NCBI RefSeq assembly: GCF_000007145.1
Contig: NC_003902.1
Coordinates: forward strand, 2,546,497-2,578,496
Source: Xanthomonas campestris pv. campestris str. ATCC 33913
Lineage (GTDB): Bacteria; Pseudomonadota; Gammaproteobacteria; Xanthomonadales; Xanthomonadaceae
Direction of reading: 5' to 3'
DNA length: 32,000 nucleotides
Shown here: positions 12,178-20,445 of the stretch, piece by piece
How the letters are laid out: each line of letters opens with the position of its first letter
How positions within the stretch are numbered: position 1 is the first letter of the stretch
Position numbers and translations under genes: made by a program
The notes under the pieces: model-generated
Database searches by the model: none
Told to the model about the DNA's origin: nothing
The model's input: only the letters and a program-made list of their open reading frames with translations

Positions 12178-13512
12178 ATGTCCAGCGAGATCGTCCCGAT
12201 CGCAGAACCCATTCGCCCAGCCGATGGTGGGCTGGGTGCCGCGCACGCCAGCGTTGCCGTGCCCAAGGGTGGCCACTGGTGGTTCCGCTTGCTGGCGTTT
12301 CTGGGCCCTGGCTACATGGTCTCGGTCGGGTATATGGACCCGGGCAACTGGGCCACCGACCTGGCGGGCGGCTCGCAATTCGGTTATCTGCTGCTGTCGG
12401 TGATCCTGCTCTCCAACCTGATGGCCATCGTGCTGCAGGGGTTGTCGGCACGGCTGGGCATCGCCACCGGCCTGGACCTGGCGCAGGCCTGCCGCGCACG
12501 TTACCCGCGCGGCATCAACCTGGCGCTGTGGGGGCTGTGCGAGCTGGCCATCATCGCCTGCGATCTGGCCGAAGTGATCGGCACGGCGATCGCACTCAAG
12601 TTGCTGTTCGGCATTCCGCTGACACTGGGCGCCATCATCACTGCGCTGGACGTGGTGTTGGTGTTGTTGCTGATGAACCGCGGCTTCCGTGCGCTGGAAG
12701 CGTTCGTCATGGCATTGCTGCTGGTGATCTTCGTGTGCTTCGGCATCCAGATCGCGCTGGCGGCGCCGCCGATCGCCGCAGTGCTGGCCGGCTTCATTCC
12801 GCGTGCCGAAGTGGTGACCAACCCGCATGCGCTGTATCTGGCGATCGGAATCATCGGTGCCACCGTGATGCCGCATAACCTGTATCTGCACTCGTCGATC
12901 GTGCAAACGCGCGCATATCCGCGCACCGATGCAGGCCGCCGTTCGGCACTGCGCTGGGCAGTCACCGACAGCACCGTGGCCTTGATGTTCGCGTTGTTCA
13001 TCAACGCCGCCATCCTGATCCTGGCGGCGGCGGTGTTCCATGCGCAGGGCCGCACCGACGTGCAGGAGATCGAACAGGCGCACGCGCTGCTGGCACCGAT
13101 GCTCGGCGTCGGCCTGGCCTCGACCCTGTTCGCAGTGGCGTTGCTCGCCTCGGGCGTCAATTCGACAGTGACCGCAACCTTGGCCGGGCAGATCGTGATG
13201 GAAGGCTTCCTGCGCCTGCGCTTGCCGCCGTGGATGCGCCGCCTGCTCACCCGCGGCATCGCCATCGTGCCGGTAGTGGTGGTGACCTGGCTGTATGGCG
13301 AGGCCGGTACCGCCCGCTTGCTGGTCTTGAGCCAGGTGGTGCTGTCGATGCAGTTGCCGTTCGCGGTGATCCCGTTGGTGCGCTTTGTCGCTGACCGCGG
13401 CTTGATGGGCGCATTGGTGGCGCCGGCATGGCTGGTGCGCCTTGCCTGGGTGATTGCTCTGGTGATCGTTGGCCTGAACCTCAAGCTGCTTTGGGAATTC
13501 GCGTTGGGGTGA
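12178..13512 (+). CDS. mntH: NRAMP-family divalent metal (Mn2+/Fe2+) transporter
   Basis: [20 protein letters not shown] and [12 protein letters not shown] are the NRAMP signature motifs. The protein is 444 aa and polytopic. Confidence 0.95.
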   Translation: MSSEIVPIAEPIRPADGGLGAAHASVAVPKGGHWWFRLLAFLGPGYMVSVGYMDPGNWATDLAGGSQFGYLLLSVILLSNLMAIVLQGLSARLGIATGLDLAQACRARYPRGINLALWGLCELAIIACDLAEVIGTAIALKLLFGIPLTLGAIITALDVVLVLLLMNRGFRALEAFVMALLLVIFVCFGIQIALAAPPIAAVLAGFIPRAEVVTNPHALYLAIGIIGATVMPHNLYLHSSIVQTRAYPRTDAGRRSALRWAVTDSTVALMFALFINAAILILAAAVFHAQGRTDVQEIEQAHALLAPMLGVGLASTLFAVALLASGVNSTVTATLAGQIVMEGFLRLRLPPWMRRLLTRGIAIVPVVVVTWLYGEAGTARLLVLSQVVLSMQLPFAVIPLVRFVADRGLMGALVAPAWLVRLAWVIALVIVGLNLKLLWEFALG

Positions 13513-13637
13513 GAGGCAAGCGGGCGGCGGCACTGCGCACGCTTGTGCTTGCACGTGCCGGTCTTGCAGATGGTGCTAAAGGTGCACTGCGCTGCATTGC
13601 ACTGCACCGCCCTGTACTGGCGATGTGGTGCACGCAT

Positions 13638-13666
13638 CGAGATGCAGCCTGTAGCGAGATGCAGCC
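13638..13666 (+). repeat. 12-bp direct repeat CGAGATGCAGCC x2 (17-bp period) within a motif-rich spacer
   Basis: Copies lie at 13638-13649 and 13655-13666. The same 318-bp spacer holds three GTGCAC hexamers (13582, 13628, 13704) and the palindrome GCACGTGC (13551-13558). Confidence 0.6.
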
Positions 13667-13830
13667 ACGCCAGTGCGCACGCCGATGCAATCTCGCGCGC
13701 CGCGTGCACGCTTTACTGGCGGCAGCATCGGCGCCGGCGGCCTGCCAGCCCACCCGCAATCGCCTTCCTGGTCACAGTGGCGACCTCGGCCGTTGGCGCA
13801 ACCGGTGCGCTTCCCCACCAAGGAGTTTCC

Positions 13831-14823
13831 ATGCATCCGTTCGAGCCGTCTCCGGCCGATTCCGGGCGACGCAATTTTCTCGTTGCCGGCACGGTCGCGG
13901 TGGCAGCGTTGTCGCTGCCCGCCTTCGCCAGTGCGGCAACTCCCGCGCGTGCGTCATCCACTTCCCCCACCCATCCCACCTCTCACGGAGCTACACCGAT
14001 GTCGAACTTTGTCACCCGCCCCGATGGCGCCAAGATCTTCTACAAGGACTGGGGCAAGGGCCAGCCCGTCGTGTTCTCGCATGGCTGGCCGCTCAGCGCC
14101 GATGCCTGGGATGCGCAGATGCTGTTCATGGGTCAGAACGGCTTCCGCGTCATCGCACATGACCGCCGCAGCCACGGCCGCTCCAGCCAGACCTGGGACG
14201 GTAACGACATGGACACCTACGCCGATGATCTGGCCGCCGTGATCGAGGCGCTGGATCTGAAGGACGCCATCCTGGTGGGCCATTCCACCGGCGGTGGCGA
14301 AGTGGCGCATTACGTCGGCCGCCATGGCAGCAAGCGCGTGGCCAAGGTGGTGCTGGTGGGCGCGGTGCCGCCGCAGATGGTCAAGAGCCCGACCAACCCG
14401 GGCGGCCTGCCGATCAGCGTATTCGACGGCATCCGCGAAGGTGTTGCCAAGGACCGCTCGCAGTTCTACCAGGACCTGACCACCCCGTTCTTCGGTGCCA
14501 ACCGCGACGGCAATAAAGTCACCCAGGGCATGCGCGATTCGTTCTGGCGGCAGGGCATGCTGGGCGGGCACAAGGGCCAGTACGACTGCATCAAGGAATT
14601 CTCGGAAGTGGATTACACCGCTGACCTGAAGAAGATCGATGTGCCGGCGCTGGTGGTACATGGCGACGACGATCAGATCGTGCCGATCGATGCATCGGGC
14701 AAGCTGTCGGCCAAGATCATCAAGAACGCAGAGCTGAAGATCTATGCCGGTGCGCCGCACGGACTGCCGGTGACCCACGCCGACCAGTTCAACAAGGATC
14801 TGCTGGCCTTCGCCAAGGCGTGA
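13831..14823 (+). CDS. alpha/beta hydrolase of the cofactor-free haloperoxidase/arylesterase type with an N-terminal Tat signal extension
   Basis: The core from [37 protein letters not shown], with nucleophile elbow GHSTGGG and HGDDD...PHG, matches non-heme chloroperoxidase-like esterases. The long start ATG at 13831 has AAGGAG 5 nt upstream and encodes [25 protein letters not shown] (twin-arginine motif plus AxA). An alternative internal ATG at 13999 also has GGAG 8 nt upstream. Confidence 0.88.
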   Translation: MHPFEPSPADSGRRNFLVAGTVAVAALSLPAFASAATPARASSTSPTHPTSHGATPMSNFVTRPDGAKIFYKDWGKGQPVVFSHGWPLSADAWDAQMLFMGQNGFRVIAHDRRSHGRSSQTWDGNDMDTYADDLAAVIEALDLKDAILVGHSTGGGEVAHYVGRHGSKRVAKVVLVGAVPPQMVKSPTNPGGLPISVFDGIREGVAKDRSQFYQDLTTPFFGANRDGNKVTQGMRDSFWRQGMLGGHKGQYDCIKEFSEVDYTADLKKIDVPALVVHGDDDQIVPIDASGKLSAKIIKNAELKIYAGAPHGLPVTHADQFNKDLLAFAKA

Positions 14824-14840
14824 TCCAGTTGATTGCGTGA

Positions 14841-14870
14841 AAAGCCGGCTCGCGAGAGCCGGCTTTTTTT
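14841..14870 (+). terminator. rho-independent terminator of the hydrolase gene
   Basis: Stem GCCGGCTC (14844-14851) / GAGCCGGC (14856-14863), loop GCGA, followed by a T7 run. Confidence 0.85.
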
Positions 14871-14953
14871 ATGGATCCTCTTGGGGCACTTGGTCTGGAT
14901 CACTGCCATCGCGGCAGCAGAGCATGCGCTTTGGATTAGATAGGCAGGTAACC

Positions 14954-15106
14954 AATCGCCTGTTCTGGATCGTCGGCATTGTGTTGATCGCCTCGTGGGT
15001 GGTGGCGGTGGTGTTTACGCCGTATCTGGGCGTCAAGCTGCTGCTGGATCTGAAGAAGATCGAAGGCTGCCACGCCGCGATGTACGACACGCCGCGCTAC
15101 CGTTTG
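14954..15106 (+). pseudogene. short remnant of an RND-family efflux permease gene
   Basis: The frame encodes NRLFWIVGIVLIASWVVAVVFTPYLGVKLLLDLKKIEGCHAAMYDTPRYRL. This resembles the end of TM6 plus the following linker of AcrB/HAE1-type permeases. Only about 50 of roughly 1000 codons are present, in a lower-GC stretch with no other coding signal. Confidence 0.4.
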
Positions 15107-15528
15107 GTTGCAGGCCAATCTGGGTTCTGGTGGCGAAGAATGCAGGCGCTGGGACATCGCGGTTGCTTCAGCCTCTGCCCTGCCTTTGCCGGATTCGGCA
15201 TATTGATTACGCATACCTGTACCAGCGGCATGATCGAGCATCAGCGCACACACTGGATCGCGCGCTCACTTGCAACTTAGCAATCCGAGATCACCCTAGT
15301 CACGCCATCACCTCGTCCAGATGCCGGTAGCCGGCCTGCGAGGTAACACCGCCCGCGCCGGACGGACAGTGTGCCCGCTCGCGATTCGCCCACAAGGCGC
15401 AGGCCACACGCAGCAGAACGCAACGTTTTACGACGCCATATCGCGCTGCAAAGCACGCTTTTCTCGCGTGCACGTCATTGATCTAAGATCGCCTGAGCGT
15501 GACCGTGCTCGGTAGCAGCACACATCGG

Positions 15529-15564
15529 AAAAAACACAACGGGCACCCCTACAGGCGCCCGTTG
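15529..15564 (-). terminator. rho-independent terminator downstream of the MFS gene
   Basis: On the minus strand, an 8-bp stem CAACGGGC/GCCCGTTG (15537-15544 and 15557-15564) is followed by TTTTTT (plus-strand A6 at 15529-15534). Confidence 0.7.
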
Positions 15565-15631
15565 CACATTTGCGATCTGCATTCGCCGCGCGGCTAACAA
15601 GCCCGGCAAACAGACTGCAGCCGCCTGTGGA

Positions 15632-17263
15632 TCAAATATCCGAATGCGTATGCGGCGGCACCGCCGCACCACCGCCACCCACAAAGTGACGCACGAGCGG
15701 CGCGCGTTCGCCCTGATGCAAAGCGCGGATCTGCTCCTGCAGCTGGCGGTCGTCCCCGGTTACGCGCTCGTGCTGACGCAGGTGTTCAAGCCACGAGGCC
15801 ACGATGAAGTATTCCAGCTGCACGCCGGGCGTGGCGGCGTCCTCGGCCACGCCCCACACCACCGCGCCGTCGCGGCGGCGTGCACTGCCCAGCTGTGTCA
15901 CCAGGCGCACAAACTCTGCACGTGCGTCATCGGCGATGCGGTATTCCACGGTCACCAGCACCGGGCCACGGTCATGTTCGACACCATCGGCCTGCGCCGG
16001 TGCGGGCCAGTGGCCCGCCGGTGCGAGATCGAGCTGCTCGGTGCCGGCGATGCGTGCGCGTTTGACCAGCAGCGCGGCAATTACTGCACCGGCTGCGGCA
16101 ATCTGCAGTGCGATCGCGATCGACGTGCGTTGCGCCAGCGCACCCCACAACAACGAACCGCTGGCCATGCCGAGCGAGAACACCACGATATACAGCGACA
16201 GCGCACGGGCGCGCACCCAGGCCGGCACCGAGGTTTGCGCAGCGATCTGCAGCGACGACAACACGGTGATCCAGGCCAGGCCGTTGACCACCATCACCAC
16301 ACACAACACGCCAATCTGGCGCGAGAGCGCCAACCCCAGCAGCGAGGCTGCGCAGATCAACGTGGCGACGAACACCAGCAGGTCGCGGTCATAGCGTGCA
16401 CGCAAGCGCGGCAACACCAGCGCACCACTGATCGCGCCAATGCCGATGCAGCCCAGCAACAGACCGTAACTGCCCGCACCCAGCTGCATGTCGCGGCGGA
16501 CCACCAGCGGCAACAAAGCAGTCAGCGCGCTGGCGAACAGGAAGAAGCCGGCCGCCTTGATCAACACCGCCTGCAGACGCCCGGCGCGCGCCGCATAGCG
16601 CAGACCGGCACGCAGGCCCGCACCAAAGCTCTCCGGCGGCAATGCGGATGCCTGCGTCTCGCGACGCCAGCGCCACAGCACCCACATCATCAAGCCGAAG
16701 GTGAGCCCATTGAGCAGGAAGGCCCATGGCGGGCCGAACTGCGCCACGATCAAACCGCCGATTGCCGGCCCGATCGACCGCGCGATATTCATGCCGATCG
16801 AGTTGAGCGCCACTGCCGAGGCCAGCAACGGGCGCGGCACCAGCTCCGAGACGATCGCCGCTTGCGCCGGCATTGCCATCGCCGCGCCCATGCCCATGGC
16901 GAAGGTCAGCGCGACCAGCACCCAAGGGGTGAGCAACTGCAGGTGCGACAGCAGCGCCAGCGACGCGGCCACCAGCAGCATCCAGCCCTGGGTGAGCATG
17001 AGATAGCGGCGGCGGTCGACGATGTCGGCCAAGGTGCCGGCGGCGAGTGCGAACAACACCACCGGCAACGTGGTGGCCGACTGCACCGCCGCCACCATCA
17101 GCGGCGAACCGGTCTGTTCGGCCATCACCCAGGAGGCGGCCACATCGTTGATCCAGGTGCCGATATTGCTGCCCAGGATGGCGAGCCACAGGGCACGGAA
17201 GATCGGTTGGCGCAGCGGTGCCCAGGCACCGGCGTCAGCCGGTGGGATCGAAGCGGTTGTCAT
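15632..17263 (-). CDS. MFS transporter (MFS_3/EntS-like type) with a roughly 135-aa soluble C-terminal extension
   Basis: There are about 12 TM helices, starting PIFRALWLAILGSNIGTWINDVAASWVM with ADIVDRRR in loop 2-3. I prefer the ATG at 17263 (MTTASIPP...), which has GGAG 9 nt upstream. The C-terminal domain is PVLVTVEYRIADDARAEFVRLV...LEYFIVASWLEHLRQHERVT. Confidence 0.88.
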   Translation of the reverse strand: MTTASIPPADAGAWAPLRQPIFRALWLAILGSNIGTWINDVAASWVMAEQTGSPLMVAAVQSATTLPVVLFALAAGTLADIVDRRRYLMLTQGWMLLVAASLALLSHLQLLTPWVLVALTFAMGMGAAMAMPAQAAIVSELVPRPLLASAVALNSIGMNIARSIGPAIGGLIVAQFGPPWAFLLNGLTFGLMMWVLWRWRRETQASALPPESFGAGLRAGLRYAARAGRLQAVLIKAAGFFLFASALTALLPLVVRRDMQLGAGSYGLLLGCIGIGAISGALVLPRLRARYDRDLLVFVATLICAASLLGLALSRQIGVLCVVMVVNGLAWITVLSSLQIAAQTSVPAWVRARALSLYIVVFSLGMASGSLLWGALAQRTSIAIALQIAAAGAVIAALLVKRARIAGTEQLDLAPAGHWPAPAQADGVEHDRGPVLVTVEYRIADDARAEFVRLVTQLGSARRRDGAVVWGVAEDAATPGVQLEYFIVASWLEHLRQHERVTGDDRQLQEQIRALHQGERAPLVRHFVGGGGAAVPPHTHSDI

Positions 17264-17399
17264 TGCCACACTCCAGAACGGAAAAACGCGCGGTCCGGCC
17301 AGGCGCCCGCGACGGACACTGCACACGCCTTCTTAAGGTTGCAGACCTGTGCTGCAACGATGCGCTGACCTCTCGCCGCAGCCAGGCGCTGCTGCGGCC

Positions 17400-19358
17400 T
17401 TAAAACGCGAAACATGCGCATCCCAATGCCCCCCAGAAGCCGCGCAGATCGTCGCTGGGTGCGGCGTGGTGCGCGGCATGCCCATGTGTGCCGTGGGTGC
17501 GGCAGCCAGGGCCATGCGCATGCGCCACGCTGGCCAGCCCGCTCACCGCACCGCCCACGTGATAGCCACCAAAACGGTTGACCGGCGACCATTCCGGCAT
17601 TGCCGGCGGCAGGCTGGGCGCCAGTGCAGCGAAGTCGCCGTCACCGTGCACCACGGTACCGCCCAACACGGTCAGCACGCTGGTGATATCGGCGATGGCG
17701 GCATCGTCGACGCGGAAATAGTCATCCGACAAGACGATGAAATCGGCCAACTGACCAGGCGCCAAAGTGCCCTTCTTGTCTTCATCACCGGAAAACCAGG
17801 CACTGCCCTGCGTCCACAAGCGCAAGGCCTGCTCGCGCTCGAGCAGATTCTCGTCGCCATACAGCGCCAGCCCTCCGACAGTACGGCCGGTGACCAGCCA
17901 CGACAGCGCCACCCACGGGTTGTAGCTGGCCACGCGCGTGGCATCGGTGCCCGCGCCCACCGGCACACCGGCCGCCAACATGCGCCGCACTGGCGGCGTA
18001 TGGCGTGCGGCTTGCACGCCGTAGCGCTGCACGAAGGCTTCGCCTTGATAGGCCATGCGGTGCTGCACCGCGATGCCGCCGTTCAACGCGCGGATGCGAT
18101 CGATGTTGCGCGGCGTGATGGTTTCGGCGTGATCGATGAACCAGTGCAGGCCATCGAACGGCATGTCCGCGTTGACGCGTTCGTAGACATCGAGAATGCG
18201 CGAGATGCTTTCGTCGTAGGTAGCGTGGATGCGGAACGGCCAGCGTTTTTCCACCAGCAGGCGCACCACCTGCTCCAGTTCCGGTTCCATCTCCGGCGCA
18301 AGCTCCGGGCGCGGCTCACTGAACTGCTCGAAATCGGCCGCCGAGAACACCAGCATTTCGCCGGCACCGTTGTGGCGCAGCAGATCGTCGCCCTTGCGGA
18401 CCGGCAACACCTCGGTCCAGCCGCGGAAATCGGCGACTTCCTTGCCCTTGTTCTGGGTAAACAGGTTGTAGGCGATGCGCACGCTCAACTGCCCGGCCGC
18501 ATGCAACTGCTCGATGACCTGATAGTCCTCCGGATAGTTCTGGAACCCGCCACCGGCGTCGATGACCGAGGTGATGCCCAGGCGGTTGAGCTCGCGCATG
18601 AAATGGCGCGTGGAGTTGGCCTGGTATTCGATCGGCAGCCGCGGCCCTTTCGCCAGGCTGGCATACAGGATCAACGCATTCGGCTTGGCCAGCAGCAGGC
18701 CGGTGGGATTGCCGAGCTTGTCGCGCTCGATGCGGCCACCTGGCGGATCCGGCGTGGTCTTGTCGTAACCACATGCACGCAACGCCGCGCGATTGAGCAA
18801 GGCGCGGTCGTAGAGATGCAGCAGGAACACCGGTGTATCCGGCGCGATCGCGTTGATCTCGTCCAGGGTTGGCAGGCGCTTTTCAATGAACTGATGCGCG
18901 GTGAAACCGCCGACCACGCGCACCCACTGCGGCGCCGGCGTCCGGTCGACCTGCGCCTTGAGCAATGCCATGGCGTCGGCCAGCGAGCGCACGCCGTCCC
19001 AGCGCAACTCCAGGTTGTAGTTCAAACCGCCGCGAATGAGATGCGTGTGGCTGTCGTTGAGCCCGGGCACCACGCGTCGCTGCTGTGCATCGATGACACG
19101 CGCCTGCTTGGCCATGGCCATGATCTGCGCATCGTCACCCACTGCCACGATGCGGCCATCGGCCACCGCCAGCGTAGTGGCGCTGGGTTGGCGCGGGTCA
19201 AGCGTGGTGATACGTGCATTACGGAGAATGAGATCGACCATCGGAGGCGTCCTGTTGGCAGTCAACGCAGCAGGCGCAATGCCCAGTGCAAGGCCGGCGG
19301 CGGCACCCTGCAACAGCTGGCGCCGGCCGGCATCGTGGGAATCAGTGGGCGTGCTCAT
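17400..19358 (-). CDS. Tat-exported metal-dependent amidohydrolase (amidohydrolase_3/YtcJ-like) with a His/Cys-rich C-terminal tail
   Basis: The start is the ATG at 19358: MSTPTDSHDAGRRQLLQGAAAGLALGIAPAALTA (RR motif plus AxA-like site). PGLNDSHTHLIRGG carries the HxH metal motif, with HATYDES, FIDHAE and GAGTDATRV following. The remaining 221 upstream codons of the 873-aa track ORF are out-of-frame readthrough over DoxX and the isochorismatase-family gene. Confidence 0.85.
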   Translation of the reverse strand: MSTPTDSHDAGRRQLLQGAAAGLALGIAPAALTANRTPPMVDLILRNARITTLDPRQPSATTLAVADGRIVAVGDDAQIMAMAKQARVIDAQQRRVVPGLNDSHTHLIRGGLNYNLELRWDGVRSLADAMALLKAQVDRTPAPQWVRVVGGFTAHQFIEKRLPTLDEINAIAPDTPVFLLHLYDRALLNRAALRACGYDKTTPDPPGGRIERDKLGNPTGLLLAKPNALILYASLAKGPRLPIEYQANSTRHFMRELNRLGITSVIDAGGGFQNYPEDYQVIEQLHAAGQLSVRIAYNLFTQNKGKEVADFRGWTEVLPVRKGDDLLRHNGAGEMLVFSAADFEQFSEPRPELAPEMEPELEQVVRLLVEKRWPFRIHATYDESISRILDVYERVNADMPFDGLHWFIDHAETITPRNIDRIRALNGGIAVQHRMAYQGEAFVQRYGVQAARHTPPVRRMLAAGVPVGAGTDATRVASYNPWVALSWLVTGRTVGGLALYGDENLLEREQALRLWTQGSAWFSGDEDKKGTLAPGQLADFIVLSDDYFRVDDAAIADITSVLTVLGGTVVHGDGDFAALAPSLPPAMPEWSPVNRFGGYHVGGAVSGLASVAHAHGPGCRTHGTHGHAAHHAAPSDDLRGFWGALGCACFAF

Positions 19359-19792
19359 GACACGTGCCGCCGACGCAGGCCGTCCAGCGACCACGCGCCA
19401 CCGCCGGCGCATACCAGCGCCAGCAAGACCAGCGCCCACATCAGCGGGTATTCCATGCCGCCATGCATCCAGAACCAGCCCTTGGGAATGGCAATCACCA
19501 CGGTGGTGGCAATGAACGCCGCGGCCAGTGCCGCGCTGGCGCGCGTCCACAGCCCGATCAGCACCGCCACTCCAGACAGGCTCTGCACCAGCGCCAACAG
19601 CAGCGGCAGTGGCGCCGTCGCTGGCAGCCCGAACTGCTGCAATTCCGCAGCAAAACCGGCAAGGCCGGGGCCGTTGAACCAGCCCAGCAACTTGCCCAGG
19701 CCATGCGGCAGCAGAAAGCCACCGCCAGCCAGCCGCAGCATCAACAGCGCCGCGTCCAGGCCCGGCGAGCGTGCCGGTGCGTGGCTGTTCAA
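19355..19792 (-). CDS. DoxX-family membrane protein
   Basis: LDAALLMLRLAGGGFLLPHGLGKLLGWF..., four TM helices, and GGGAWSLD at the C-terminus are DoxX-like. The proposed TTG start at 19792 has AGGAAGG 6 nt upstream and overlaps the upstream stop (TTGA). An alternative ATG at 19741 would truncate TM1. The stop overlaps the amidohydrolase ATG (ATGA). Confidence 0.78.
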   Translation of the reverse strand: MNSHAPARSPGLDAALLMLRLAGGGFLLPHGLGKLLGWFNGPGLAGFAAELQQFGLPATAPLPLLLALVQSLSGVAVLIGLWTRASAALAAAFIATTVVIAIPKGWFWMHGGMEYPLMWALVLLALVCAGGGAWSLDGLRRRHVS

Positions 19793-20445
19793 TGTCCGCC
19801 TTCCTGCGCGCCGAACATGGTCTTGGCGTATTGAATACCGATGCCGTAGCCGCCTGCATGCGCACGTGCGATGCCGGTGGTGAGGTCGTAGGTGTCGCTG
19901 CGCGCCCAATCGCGCTGCAGTTCCAGCAGGTACTGCACGCTGGTGATCGGTGCTGCGCCGGCCTGCACCATGCGAGCAATGGCGCGCTCGTGGGCCTCAT
20001 CGCTGACATCGCCGCAGGCATCGGTGATCACGTACACATCAAAGCCCTGTTCGATCGCCGACAGCGTCGGCCCGACGATGCACACGCTGGTCCACAAACC
20101 GGCGATCACCAGGCGGCGCTTGCCGATCGCGTTGATGCGGTCGATCACGCCCTGGTCTTCCCAGGCATTCATGCTGGTGCGGTCGAACACCGGCTCGCCG
20201 GCGAAGATCTCCGGCAGCTCTGGAAACAGCGGGCCGGAGAACGACTTCTCCGCCACCGTGGTGAGCACCACCGGCACCTGGAAGCCCTTGGCGGCCTTGC
20301 CGATCAGCGCCACGTGGTTGCGCAGGGCCGAGATGTCGATGGTGTGGGTGGCAAACGCCATCTGCGACTGGTGGTCGATCAGGATCAGGGCGTGGTCGTT
20401 CGGCGACAGCAGGGACTTGCCGGGGACGGCGGTGGCGGTGGTCAT
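19789..20445 (-). CDS. isochorismatase-family cysteine hydrolase (YcaC-like)
   Basis: MTTATAVPGKSLLSPNDHALILIDHQ..., NAWED, and RRLVIAGLWTSVCIVGPTLSAIEQGFDVYVITDACG (catalytic Cys) align along the whole length with my recollection of E. coli YcaC. The ATG at 20445 overlaps the AraC-gene stop (ATGA) and has GGAG 9 nt upstream. Confidence 0.88.
   Translation of the reverse strand: MTTATAVPGKSLLSPNDHALILIDHQSQMAFATHTIDISALRNHVALIGKAAKGFQVPVVLTTVAEKSFSGPLFPELPEIFAGEPVFDRTSMNAWEDQGVIDRINAIGKRRLVIAGLWTSVCIVGPTLSAIEQGFDVYVITDACGDVSDEAHERAIARMVQAGAAPITSVQYLLELQRDWARSDTYDLTTGIARAHAGGYGIGIQYAKTMFGAQEGGH

Noticed and set aside
13543-13830. Upstream extension of the hydrolase ORF to 13543 (426 aa)
   Set aside because: The extension is Cys/His/Arg-rich and repeat-derived and has no Shine-Dalgarno. 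The ATG at 13831 has a near-perfect AAGGAG and begins a canonical Tat signal.
15644-19883. 574-aa and 844-aa plus-strand ORFs opposite the MFS and amidohydrolase genes
   Set aside because: Both are Arg/His/Gln-rich with no domains, and they overlap well-supported minus-strand genes. They are high-GC shadow ORFs.
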